Origin: a virus
Lineage: Duplodnaviria; Caudoviricetes
Strand: one strand, 5' to 3'
DNA: 38,935 nt
Virus record (IMG/VR): IMGVR_UViG_3300023267_000006
Location: 1 to 38,935 of that record
Shown: one piece after another, positions 1-7,749 of the stretch
Numbering within the stretch: position 1 is the stretch's first letter
Layout: every line of letters starts with the position of its first letter
Position numbers and translations under genes: made by a program
Notes under the pieces: model-generated
What the model was told of the DNA's origin: nothing
What the model saw: only the letters and a program-made list of their open reading frames with translations
Databases searched by the model: none

Positions 1-126
1 ACGAACCGATCTGGGCGGAGTAGCCCGACGAACCGATCTTGGCGGAGTAGCCCGACGAACCGATCTGGGCGGAGTAGCCCGACGAACCGATCTTGGCGTA
101 GTTGCCCGACGAACCGATCTGGGCGT
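1..126 (-). repeat. 27-bp coding tandem repeat, left-end part (~4.5 units)
   Basis: Unit GCC[C/A]AGATCGGTTCGTCGGGC[T/A/G]ACT[C/A]C, encoding A[QK]IGSSG[YND][SY]. Confidence 0.97.
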
Positions 127-616
127 TTCGCTTGTCATTGGTGAGATTGTCAGAACCCCGCGAAATGGTGATTACATCAACCTCAAGAATTGAGGTAAGT
201 TCCCGAATGTAATTTGGCAAAAACTCAGCCAGTAATGTTGGTAGCGGCCCGATCTTGACGATTTGAGCCTTTTGTACTTTTACCTTTTCATCGTCAATTG
301 CAATTACCGGACAATCGACGTTTTCAAAAATCACCGCAATCGCGTTAGGATCCCAGTCCAGCAAGCTCCAATTACCAAGGCCGTCTCTTAATCCGTGCAG
401 CCCGCCGCCGCAAACTGGCCTTTCGTCGTAATCGTCGGCAACAAGCACCTTGCCCTCTTCCCATATGAAAGGTTCGCTCTCGACGGTGGATCCATTCTTC
501 AATCGCTGGCCAGAACCCTCCATTTTTGAGCTGCATGTGCGAAGCATCCGGGAAACTTCAAAGGTTTCCTTTGCCGCGGTCGTTGATTTCAGTATTTTTT
601 CTTTCGTTTTTGCCAT
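1..616 (-). CDS. 5' part of a 9-aa-repeat phage protein (continues at 38935..38343)
   Basis: Manual translation from ATG 616: MAKTKEKILK...PVCGGGLHGLRDG...DKRNAQIGSSGNYAKIGSSGYSAQIG..., open to the window edge. It is absent from the ORF track because it is split. Confidence 0.85.
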   Translation of the reverse strand, partial: MAKTKEKILKSTTAAKETFEVSRMLRTCSSKMEGSGQRLKNGSTVESEPFIWEEGKVLVADDYDERPVCGGGLHGLRDGLGNWSLLDWDPNAIAVIFENVDCPVIAIDDEKVKVQKAQIVKIGPLPTLLAEFLPNYIRELTSILEVDVITISRGSDNLTNDKRNAQIGSSGNYAKIGSSGYSAQIGSSGYSAKIGSSGYSAQIGS

Positions 617-647
617 TATTTTTTTTCTCCTGTATTCTCCAAGTGTT

Positions 648-1112
648 TTACTGATTCCCCTTTGTTTTCATAACTTCAATTCGCTCTTGAATTAGCCGAT
701 TCTTTACGATCCGCAATTGCTCTTCGGCCTCAAGCAGCTCTGTCATTTGAATTTCGTAAGACTGCTCAGTGAGCTTTGCCGAAACGAAATCACTGATCTC
801 TTTACCGAGCTTTCCGGTTTCAGCATTAAGACAGTGGACGTTTTCAGTCGACTTACGCTTTTGCGAAAGCTCACGAAATTTGGCCAATGACTGCCAAAAC
901 GCTTCGCCTAAATTCGCGTCGATCTCATCTAATGCACAGACTACCTGGAGCGTTCTAAACGCCGAGGATGCGGTTTCGTCATCCGGATTAAATTGACGCT
1001 TAAGGTAGCTCTCACCGAGCCCAGACACCTTGGCAACCTCACGCCGCTTACCATGTGGCAACTTATCGCTCAATTCTTTTTCGATCTCTTCCTGTGTAAA
1101 TTCGAGTGCCAT
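648..1112 (-). CDS. HTH regulator, phage CII-like
   Basis: N-terminal HTH-like segment RREVAKVSGLGESYLKRQFNPD followed by a helical C-terminus; early-operon position. Confidence 0.55.
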   Translation of the reverse strand: MALEFTQEEIEKELSDKLPHGKRREVAKVSGLGESYLKRQFNPDDETASSAFRTLQVVCALDEIDANLGEAFWQSLAKFRELSQKRKSTENVHCLNAETGKLGKEISDFVSAKLTEQSYEIQMTELLEAEEQLRIVKNRLIQERIEVMKTKGNQ

Positions 1113-1206
1113 TTAGTTGCTGTGTCTTTTCTGCGGAAAACGATAGTTCCAATCTGTTTTCGACCGCTATATGCTCAATTCTGGTTCGGACCTGATCTTT
1201 GAAAAT

Positions 1207-1320
1207 TTACTTTCGGTTTTTCCGCCAAAGATTGATCGCTTCGGCGATGATCAACGGAACTAAAACGATCACCGTTAGCGGCCATACTTTGCTTGCAATT
1301 CGCTGTACGTTCGTTGGCAT
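1207..1320 (-). CDS. 37-aa single-TM peptide with basic tail
   Basis: Manual translation MPTNVQRIASKVWPLTVIVLVPLIIAEAINLWRKNRK; GGAG upstream; starts 2 nt after the upstream stop. Confidence 0.6.
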   Translation of the reverse strand: MPTNVQRIASKVWPLTVIVLVPLIIAEAINLWRKNRK

Positions 1321-1322
1321 CG

Positions 1323-1580
1323 TCATACAAGCTCCGTGATCGCCGAACGCGTTCGAGATCGTCTAGTGAATTTCGTTTTTACTGGCTTACCGTCGGCGAT
1401 GATCGAATCCCGCAGGGCTTCGCATTCCTGACGCGAATAAAGCATTCCGTTCCCTGCCGGAAACCGCGTGAGTTCTTTGGTTCTATAGCTGCCGGCATAG
1501 AGACCGCTAGCGGATACCCATGTCAGAATCTTCAAAGCCTCACGCGGTGTTATTAACTGGTGCGGTTCCGTCGTTACCAT
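1323..1580 (-). CDS. Excisionase-like (MerR/winged HTH) protein
   Basis: LITPREALKIL...LYSRQECEAL pattern typical of Xis/AlpA-like proteins; small and basic. Confidence 0.55.
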   Translation of the reverse strand: MVTTEPHQLITPREALKILTWVSASGLYAGSYRTKELTRFPAGNGMLYSRQECEALRDSIIADGKPVKTKFTRRSRTRSAITELV

Positions 1581-1861
1581 GCCGATTCGACCTCTGCTTT
1601 GCGGGCTTCATAAGTTGCCATCCACGCCTTGTAGCTCTCGGTGCTGCCATTTGCTTCCCCCGACTCCACGGCCGCTTTGTAATTGTTATAACGGGCATCA
1701 CGCTCTTCTTTATTGAGTTCCCAATCGATAAGGTTTTTGGTTCGTTCAATTGCGGTAACAGGGCTTTCATCTTCACCAAGAGCAACCGTGACGCCGAGTT
1801 TTAGGTTTTCGTAGCTGCCAAGATTTTTTGTGCGGTCGATTTTGATCTCTGTGATTCTCAT
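1574..1861 (-). CDS. Hypothetical phage protein (start revised to MRITEIK)
   Basis: TTGGAGAA SD precedes ATG 1861; the upstream extension in the ORF track spans a hairpin. Confidence 0.7.
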   Translation of the reverse strand: MRITEIKIDRTKNLGSYENLKLGVTVALGEDESPVTAIERTKNLIDWELNKEERDARYNNYKAAVESGEANGSTESYKAWMATYEARKAEVESAW

Positions 1862-1885
1862 GTCTTTTTCTCCAAGATTTTTTGT

Positions 1886-1919
1886 GAAAGGCGGCACGTT
1901 CCCCAATGCACCGCCTTTC
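1886..1919. terminator. GC-rich hairpin, possible terminator or processing site in the early operon
   Basis: Intergenic inverted repeat GAAAGGCGG...CCGCCTTTC; only a short U tract. Confidence 0.45.
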
Positions 1920-1954
1920 CTGCGTTGACCGCCCTGGTGGACGATCAAGCTCCT

Positions 1955-2416
1955 TTAACTCGTAAATGATTTAGCGATCGCCGTTGTGAACGTTTCTTTG
2001 ACCGTGACGAAAGCGGGTAAACCGACAACCTCAGCCGTAGCCTCGAAAGCTTTGCGGTTGATCGCCTCGACAACAGCAGCTTTGCAATTCTCCTTTGACC
2101 AGGCGATAGCGTCGGCTTCGGGGTACTCGAGCTTTTGCGACACCCGAACTTGCAGATCTTTGTCGAATGTCTTTTCGCCCGTTTCTTTGTGCCAGTCGAT
2201 CAGCGATTCGCGTAGACCTGATTCAGCGGTCTTTAAGAGGTTATTTGCCTGATTGAATTCGCTTATAAGCTCAGCGTTCGATTGTTCGAATTCCAGACGG
2301 CGGGCCGCAGCTTCGGCAGCGAAAATATCTTCTTTCGCTTTCATTTCCGTCGCGAGGGATTCGATTGCTACGCGTCGGGTTCGGAGTGTGTCCTTGTTGA
2401 TTTCTACGATGTTCAT
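1955..2416 (-). CDS. Coiled-coil early protein, possibly Gam/Gp157-like
   Basis: N-terminal coiled coil plus short alpha/beta C-terminus; start overlaps the upstream stop. Confidence 0.45.
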   Translation of the reverse strand: MNIVEINKDTLRTRRVAIESLATEMKAKEDIFAAEAAARRLEFEQSNAELISEFNQANNLLKTAESGLRESLIDWHKETGEKTFDKDLQVRVSQKLEYPEADAIAWSKENCKAAVVEAINRKAFEATAEVVGLPAFVTVKETFTTAIAKSFTS

Positions 2417-2817
2417 ATTTGCACCTCGGCAATTGTTTTGGCTTCGTTTCGTGAACAGCCAATATCTGTAAGCGTTTCGATACGGTCTTCGATCTTTTCG
2501 GCGGCCAGATATCGGCTGATGATCTTTTTAGCGGCACGGTGCCAGCACACACGTCCATTCATCGCCGCCAAGCATCTGCAGGTTTTATCGCTGCCTATTT
2601 CGTATATCTCATTCGAATCACTCCAGATAAGTAGCCGGTCGGCCTCAGCGTCAAAATCCATAAATGCTCCGGATGACTCAATACGGGCAGTGGCCTTTGC
2701 TAGAACATTTACAAAACTGATCTGTTCACCGGACGTTAGTAAATTGCTGTCTTTTATCGAAGCAACTTCACTGGCGACGATCTTCCCGAATAACTCTGGG
2801 TCTTTAATGTCGATCAT
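2413..2817 (-). CDS. SWIM zinc-finger protein
   Basis: CRC-x7-CWH motif (CxC...CxH); GGAG SD before ATG 2817. Confidence 0.7.
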   Translation of the reverse strand: MIDIKDPELFGKIVASEVASIKDSNLLTSGEQISFVNVLAKATARIESSGAFMDFDAEADRLLIWSDSNEIYEIGSDKTCRCLAAMNGRVCWHRAAKKIISRYLAAEKIEDRIETLTDIGCSRNEAKTIAEVQI

Positions 2818-2906
2818 GATTTTCTCCAACTGTTTGCGTTTGATAGTTGGCTCAGATGGGTTTGTTATTGCTGTTCTCTCAGCGAATCGTTGCTAACTTG
2901 AAAGCA

Positions 2907-2946
2907 AATATAACATTTGATGTTAGGTATGTCAACACTAAATGTT
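2907..2946 (-). promoter_or_regulatory. Strong leftward sigma70 promoter overlapped by two operators
   Basis: Minus strand TTGACA(2935-2930)-N17-TATATT(2912-2907) with extended TG. Palindromic sites AACATTTGATGTT (2912-2924) and AACACTAAATGTT (2934-2946) overlap it. Confidence 0.8.
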
Positions 2947-2949
2947 AGG

Positions 2950-3174
2950 TCAAAGAGCAAAATTTTTATCAGGTGTCGATACCAGGATACTTTTTACGTC
3001 GATACCGATCTCCCGGCATATCTCCGAAAGCAGTTCATATGAAACACTCTCACCCTTTTCGGCCCGGTAGATCGTCATTTTAGTAACGCCCAATGTTTTA
3101 GCCAGTTCCGTCTTGGTTGTCGCTTTCTTTCGAGCGGTAGCTAGCAGCTCTGGATTGTAGTGTTCTGCGTTCAT
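2950..3174 (-). CDS. Cro-like XRE HTH regulator
   Basis: TKTELAKTLGVTKMTIYRAEKG XRE HTH; divergent from the repressor. Confidence 0.85.
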   Translation of the reverse strand: MNAEHYNPELLATARKKATTKTELAKTLGVTKMTIYRAEKGESVSYELLSEICREIGIDVKSILVSTPDKNFAL

Positions 3175-3184
3175 CGTTCTAAAT

Positions 3185-3273
3185 ATTTATCACAAATTAA
3201 AAACAGAGGTCAACATAAAATGTTAGGTAATCTCTCTTGTAATGTTACGTTGGGTTATCCAACAATCAATGTT
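3185..3273. promoter_or_regulatory. Divergent cro/repressor control region with operators
   Basis: AACATAAAATGTT (3212-3224), a half site (3234-3246) and AACAATCAATGTT (3261-3273); minus-strand TTGACC at 3213-3208. Confidence 0.7.
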
Positions 3274-3708
3274 ATGCCGTCATTGCTGCCTAAATCGCAT
3301 TGGGAAGAATTCGGAGCGTGGATCAGAAAGATGCGCCGTGACGCCGAATTAACACAAAAGCAAGTAGCAACGAAAGCCGAAATTCATGAGGTCCAGCTCG
3401 CCCGGATTGAAAAAGGCGAAAGCGGCACAAAGCGCGAAACGGTGATAGCTATCGCCAAGGCGATCGGCATTGACGTGTCACTCACACTAAACAAAGCGGG
3501 CTTTGCTACGGTCGATACTCCCGGGCTCGTAATCCCGCCATATCCTAAGCGGCCTAAAAATGTCGCAGAATTCTTAGATGTACTGAGTACGCTAGGTGAG
3601 TTCGAATTCGCGGGTGATCTCAGCAAATTTACCGAAGACGATTTTGCCGAATTACTTGAAAGGATCCGCGCCGACGTGGAGATAACCGTCAAGAGGAAAA
3701 ATAGATGA
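3274..3708 (+). CDS. CI/ImmR-like XRE repressor without an autocleavage domain
   Basis: LTQKQVATKAEIHEVQLARIEKG HTH; too short for an S24 domain. Start revised to ATG 3274, which has no SD and may be leaderless. Confidence 0.85.
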   Translation: MPSLLPKSHWEEFGAWIRKMRRDAELTQKQVATKAEIHEVQLARIEKGESGTKRETVIAIAKAIGIDVSLTLNKAGFATVDTPGLVIPPYPKRPKNVAEFLDVLSTLGEFEFAGDLSKFTEDDFAELLERIRADVEITVKRKNR

Positions 3709-3938
3709 CGTCGGATAAATTACCCGAACCGCCCGAAAACGCTTTGATAATGAACATTAAAATTACAAAGCCAGAACCTTTTGAATACTCAGCGATCAAC
3801 GACGGTGAAACGTGTCTGGTCTGCAAGAATGCCGACGGGCAAAGATCGGATCATCCGTCTGGATTGCCGACGGCTCCTAATCCTCAATGCACAAGCCCCG
3901 CCGGTTGCCGGTGCATGATAGTTGAAATAAACGACTAG
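3705..3938 (+). CDS. Stand-alone MuF-like Cys-rich domain, paralog of the portal C-terminus
   Basis: ATGA overlap with the repressor gene; 25/52 ungapped identities to the last 52 aa of 24461..26602, with all 5 Cys conserved. Confidence 0.8.
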   Translation: MTSDKLPEPPENALIMNIKITKPEPFEYSAINDGETCLVCKNADGQRSDHPSGLPTAPNPQCTSPAGCRCMIVEIND

Positions 3939-3946
3939 CTAAAAAT

Positions 3947-4351
3947 ATGAAAATACTCTTACCTCTTTTTATTTTATTTTCAACCATCACGGCATTTAGC
4001 CAAACCAACCTGCCGGATAAAGGTTCGCTTGCCGATATAAAAGGCAAAACCAAGATTTACATATCAGCCGACGCCATTAATTCCAAGTACATAGAGTCTG
4101 AAATCGTCAAGCATAAGAGTTTGTCTCTCGCTAAATCTGCCGACACTGCCGATTTCTTTATTGAATACAAATCGATCGAAACCACTTACGCATCTAGCCT
4201 ACATCTACCGATCGAGACCGGGCAGATCGATGTGTATTTCTTTCGCGATAAAAAGAAAGTGATCGTCTGGAGTAAAGGTGATACCAAAGGCAATAAAGGA
4301 CCGGCACCGTCACTGTTAAAGCAGTTCCTCAAAGAATTCGAAAAGAAGTAA
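3947..4351 (+). CDS. Secreted/periplasmic protein, lysogenic conversion candidate
   Basis: Sec signal peptide MKILLPLFILFSTITAFS|Q; located in the lysogeny operon. Confidence 0.7.
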   Translation: MKILLPLFILFSTITAFSQTNLPDKGSLADIKGKTKIYISADAINSKYIESEIVKHKSLSLAKSADTADFFIEYKSIETTYASSLHLPIETGQIDVYFFRDKKKVIVWSKGDTKGNKGPAPSLLKQFLKEFEKK

Positions 4352-4353
4352 CT

Positions 4354-4404
4354 TTGACACCGCAACGGAGCGTATTTTAAGATAAATTCATGAACATTGT
4401 TTCA
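4354..4404 (+). promoter_or_regulatory. Promoter for peptidase-integrase with a downstream palindrome
   Basis: TTGACA(4354)-N18-TAAGAT(4378); TGAACATTGTTTCA at 4391-4404. Confidence 0.5.
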
Positions 4405-4426
4405 CCGATAACACACAACACAATAT

Positions 4427-4903
4427 ATGCACATACTACTAAACAGGATGAAACGCCCTTTTCCCCAGCTAAACTTTCAACCATATACGTTCGAGGACGT
4501 TAAAAGGATCGCCGAAAAAGAACGCATCAATCTGACCATCTGCGATTACGACGACGATGTTCTCGGTTACTACTGCACTCGCAAAACTGAAAAGCAGACC
4601 AAGAAATTTATTGTCATCAATCAAAAGCTTGATGAGATAAATCGTACGTTCGTCGGCCTGCATGAACTCGCTCACCATTTTCTGCACATTCCGGCATCTG
4701 CGCGGCAATGGTTGTACTGCAGTCGCAATGCAAACCGGATCCACGCGAAAAATGACTGTGAAGCCAATTCATTTGCACTGATCGCCATGATACCGCTCTG
4801 GATGATGATCGATCTCGACGCCACTGGTTATCAGGATATCGACCCGGTACTTATGAAGTTCTGTATTCAGCGCAAAAAGCTCTGGGAAAAATTCGCCCTC
4901 TAA
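4427..4903 (+). CDS. ImmA/IrrE-family Zn metallopeptidase
   Basis: FIVIN...RTFVGLHELAHHFLH (HExxH) and a downstream EANSFA motif. Confidence 0.88.
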   Translation: MHILLNRMKRPFPQLNFQPYTFEDVKRIAEKERINLTICDYDDDVLGYYCTRKTEKQTKKFIVINQKLDEINRTFVGLHELAHHFLHIPASARQWLYCSRNANRIHAKNDCEANSFALIAMIPLWMMIDLDATGYQDIDPVLMKFCIQRKKLWEKFAL

Positions 4904-4905
4904 AA

Positions 4906-6099
4906 ATGGCAATCAAGAAATATTTCGTCAATAAGCCAAAAGACGGCTACCAGTACGATCGCAAAGAGAATAAGTATTTCTCCTGGGGATACGACATATG
5001 GCTGAATGGTGAGCGGGTCCAAGAGCGGGGCTTTCTCACTCGCGGCCATACAGAAGAGGCGGTAAAAGCCCTGCGCGAAGATGCTAAGAACGAAAGGCAC
5101 GGTATCACCAGTCGCAAAGACACGCCGTTTTTGATCGAACTCTTTCAACGAAAATTAAATACAATGACGCCCGGACCGGAACGGGCTCGAGCGAAACGTG
5201 TATTTAAAGTCTTTTTGTCATTGCTGCCGGATAAGTTAAAGGTTATAGATCTCAAAACCGCTCACATGAACGATTACAAAGAAAAAAGAGAGGCCGACGG
5301 TGTTAAGCATTCGACCATCAAGCGGGAAATGGTTCCGATCATCGAGACGCTTAACAACGCTGATCAGTATTTCATAGAACTCGACAGCTACCGGCCGCCG
5401 CGCAAACCTAAACTTTCGATCTCTAAAACACGAAAAACTACAACGATCACCATTGATGCACGACGAAAGATCTTGGGTTATCTATTTACGCATCAAAAAG
5501 ACGGTGAAGACAGACGGTTGCCGGCGGCACGAAGACGCGTAGGGCTCTTCCTGCAATTCTGCCTACTCACAGTATCGCGCCCGGGCGAAGTCGCAGCGAT
5601 ACGCCGCTCTGATGTAGATATGGATGCCTGTATCATCCTGATCAAAGGTACTAAGACTCAAAACGAAAAACACTCTACGCGAGAGCTGCCAATTACAGCA
5701 ACCATGCGCGAGATCTTGCTCGAAAGATTCGAAGAGAGCCCGGGCGATTATTTGTTCACAAAATTTGGAAAGGTAACCGCCCGCATGCGTCAACGATTAA
5801 AAGAAGCCTGTGAAGCCTGCGGCATCAAATACGGCAAATTCGACCCTGACGGCATTATCTTTTACACCGCGCGCCATACTGCCACATCTGTTCTCGCTCA
5901 CAGTAACGAAGTCGACACCAAAACTGCTGGGGATTTCACAGGGCATAGTGATGAAACCATGACGCTTTACTACACACATTCAAATGCAAAAACACTTGGA
6001 ATTGCGGGCGACGTATTGGAACGCGAAATGGGCAGAAAATTGCTAGATGGAGAGTTTATGGAGAGCGAACCGGACAAAAAAGAAAGCCGTCATTCGTAA
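4906..6099 (+). CDS. int: Tyrosine recombinase/integrase
   Basis: Catalytic R (SRPGE), K (GTKT), YTARH (HxxR variant), GHS and Y (TLYYTH); adjacent att site. Confidence 0.93.
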   Translation: MAIKKYFVNKPKDGYQYDRKENKYFSWGYDIWLNGERVQERGFLTRGHTEEAVKALREDAKNERHGITSRKDTPFLIELFQRKLNTMTPGPERARAKRVFKVFLSLLPDKLKVIDLKTAHMNDYKEKREADGVKHSTIKREMVPIIETLNNADQYFIELDSYRPPRKPKLSISKTRKTTTITIDARRKILGYLFTHQKDGEDRRLPAARRRVGLFLQFCLLTVSRPGEVAAIRRSDVDMDACIILIKGTKTQNEKHSTRELPITATMREILLERFEESPGDYLFTKFGKVTARMRQRLKEACEACGIKYGKFDPDGIIFYTARHTATSVLAHSNEVDTKTAGDFTGHSDETMTLYYTHSNAKTLGIAGDVLEREMGRKLLDGEFMESEPDKKESRHS

Positions 6100-6294
6100 G
6101 TAATTACAAAACAACGGCTTATTCTAGCTCAAATTTTATGAAGTATGCCCTCGGTAGGCTGTGTTAGTTATTGAAAATCAGCCTCAAACTACTGTGTTTA
6201 TTGGCTTTGGTGATATTTTAGCACTCTCCAATTACTTTCCAAAACCCTTATAAAATTCATATCTCTTTTACAAGTGGAGAGTTTTTGGAGAGCG
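6048..6294. other. attP: arm repeats and tRNA-3'-like core
   Basis: TGGAGAGTTT[A/T]TGGAGAGCG at 6048-6067 and 6275-6294; inverted pair CTCTCCA-N4-CTTTCCA at 6224-6241; core TGCCCTCGGTAGG at 6146-6158. Confidence 0.75.
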
Positions 6295-6302
6295 TGTTTG
6301 AT

Positions 6303-6692
6303 CTAAGGCGTATGTACGGGTAAACGATTAAGGATCTCGACCGTTCGGCTGTCGATTATTCCGACTTGAGTACGTATCGCCCCGGTGCGCTCTTCGAATA
6401 GTTCTTTGGAAACCATTTTATTACCCAGCTCTTCGAATTTCTTATCCACATCGATTTTTCGCTCATCGAGAACCCTTTGCATGTTCTCTTGCTTTCTTTG
6501 CATTTCTGCAAAGCTAACGGTATTTTGAGCGTTCGTATCCCGCTGGCCCTGATACCAAACGAATACAGCCATGATAATGATTATTAGCCATTGGAGCCAG
6601 GGGCGCAGAGCTTCAAAGGTCTTAAATACCGAACCATCACGCCACGATAGTTTTTCTTCGTCGCTGGGAATCATGGAGACAAATAAAGCCAT
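6303..6692 (-). CDS. Single-TM plus coiled-coil lysis-module protein (holin/antiholin or i-spanin-like)
   Basis: TM segment WLQWLIIIIMAVFVWY followed by a coiled coil; last gene of the late operon. Confidence 0.5.
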   Translation of the reverse strand: MALFVSMIPSDEEKLSWRDGSVFKTFEALRPWLQWLIIIIMAVFVWYQGQRDTNAQNTVSFAEMQRKQENMQRVLDERKIDVDKKFEELGNKMVSKELFEERTGAIRTQVGIIDSRTVEILNRLPVHTP

Positions 6693-6729
6693 CTATCGAA
6701 TACCCCTTGTCTGGATCTAATGAGGACGG

Positions 6730-6882
6730 TTACCGTTCCGTTTGCGAATCTTCGTTCTCATGGCCCTCTTTACGAAGAGCTTCGGCATTTGCTTCTACTT
6801 CAAGCCATGTCTTTGCTTCGGCCAGCGTCATATTGCCTGCGACTTTCAGCAGCAGATTTATAAGTTCTAAATATTTTTCCAC
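6730..6882 (-). CDS. 50-aa hypothetical protein in the lysis module
   Basis: AGGAGG SD, GTG start; MEKYLELINLLLKVAGNMTLAEAKTWLEVEANAEALRKEGHENEDSQTER. Confidence 0.65.
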   Translation of the reverse strand: MEKYLELINLLLKVAGNMTLAEAKTWLEVEANAEALRKEGHENEDSQTER

Positions 6883-6884
6883 GT

Positions 6885-7370
6885 CTAACCTCCTGTAACT
6901 GCCGCGATCCGTGTATTTACGTCGCGATAATGCCCGAATACCCGAGCGCCGATCAGAATAGCCGTTCGTAAGCTCTCAATCACAGCGGCATAATTTCCGG
7001 CCCTGTTTGTAAGCTTGAGCAGCGTTAGGATATCGAGAAACTTAGTAACGATCTGTGCATCAAAGACGGCTGATAATCGTTCGATCTCGTTTTGAGGCAC
7101 ATTCGAGCCGTAAGTCGTTTCGGCATTAACAATAGCCTGGTCGAATACTATACCGGCTTTTGCAAGCACGATAAATCCATCAGCGATCTTGTCCTTTTGC
7201 TCGAGCGTGAGGAAGTTCGCGCCGTAGAGTTCGCGAGTCAAGTTCACCCCAGCGTTGGCATAGGTCGCGATCTTACCGCTGGTCGCTTTTGCGTCCTGTA
7301 TCGACTTCGACGGACAGCCTGTCAGAGCCACCGCGTAAATCAATAGTGTTATTAAAAATTTGGTTTTCAT
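6885..7370 (-). CDS. Lipoprotein, possible spanin component
   Basis: Signal peptide with lipobox LTGC; helical body; located in the lysis cassette. Confidence 0.65.
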   Translation of the reverse strand: MKTKFLITLLIYAVALTGCPSKSIQDAKATSGKIATYANAGVNLTRELYGANFLTLEQKDKIADGFIVLAKAGIVFDQAIVNAETTYGSNVPQNEIERLSAVFDAQIVTKFLDILTLLKLTNRAGNYAAVIESLRTAILIGARVFGHYRDVNTRIAAVTGG

Positions 7371-7374
7371 TTTA

Positions 7375-7749
7375 TTATTTCCCCTCTGGTTTTTTGGACG
7401 GTTCGGATGTAACCGTAATTAGCAGAAAGCCAAAGCCGATCCCCAACAGAAACGGCGCGGCAACGTTTTTCGCATCGATGGCGAGTAATGCCAGCGCAGC
7501 GGTAAGCTGCTCAGGCACCACGACCATCGCGAGGGCGAGACTGACAACCATCACACCGCCCGCTACGAATCTCTTGACGTTCTCTCGTATCCAGGGCAAC
7601 GTTGCGACCGGAGTATCTTTTGTTTTGAAAGCATACACACTGAGACAAAGGATCGATCCGAGCAACATTATCCCAATGTTCCACGCGACCGCCCCGAAAT
7701 TAAGGGCTTTTTCCACGTTCGTGGCATCTGTTGTTATCTCTTGCAACAT
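7375..7749 (-). CDS. Holin-like membrane protein
   Basis: About 3 hydrophobic segments and a charged C-terminus; directly after the endolysin. Confidence 0.65.
   Translation of the reverse strand: MLQEITTDATNVEKALNFGAVAWNIGIMLLGSILCLSVYAFKTKDTPVATLPWIRENVKRFVAGGVMVVSLALAMVVVPEQLTAALALLAIDAKNVAAPFLLGIGFGFLLITVTSEPSKKPEGK

Noticed and set aside
6146-6158. Complete tRNA gene
   Set aside because: Only 13 nt of a 3' end are present, with no T-loop, anticodon arm or D arm; treated as the att core.
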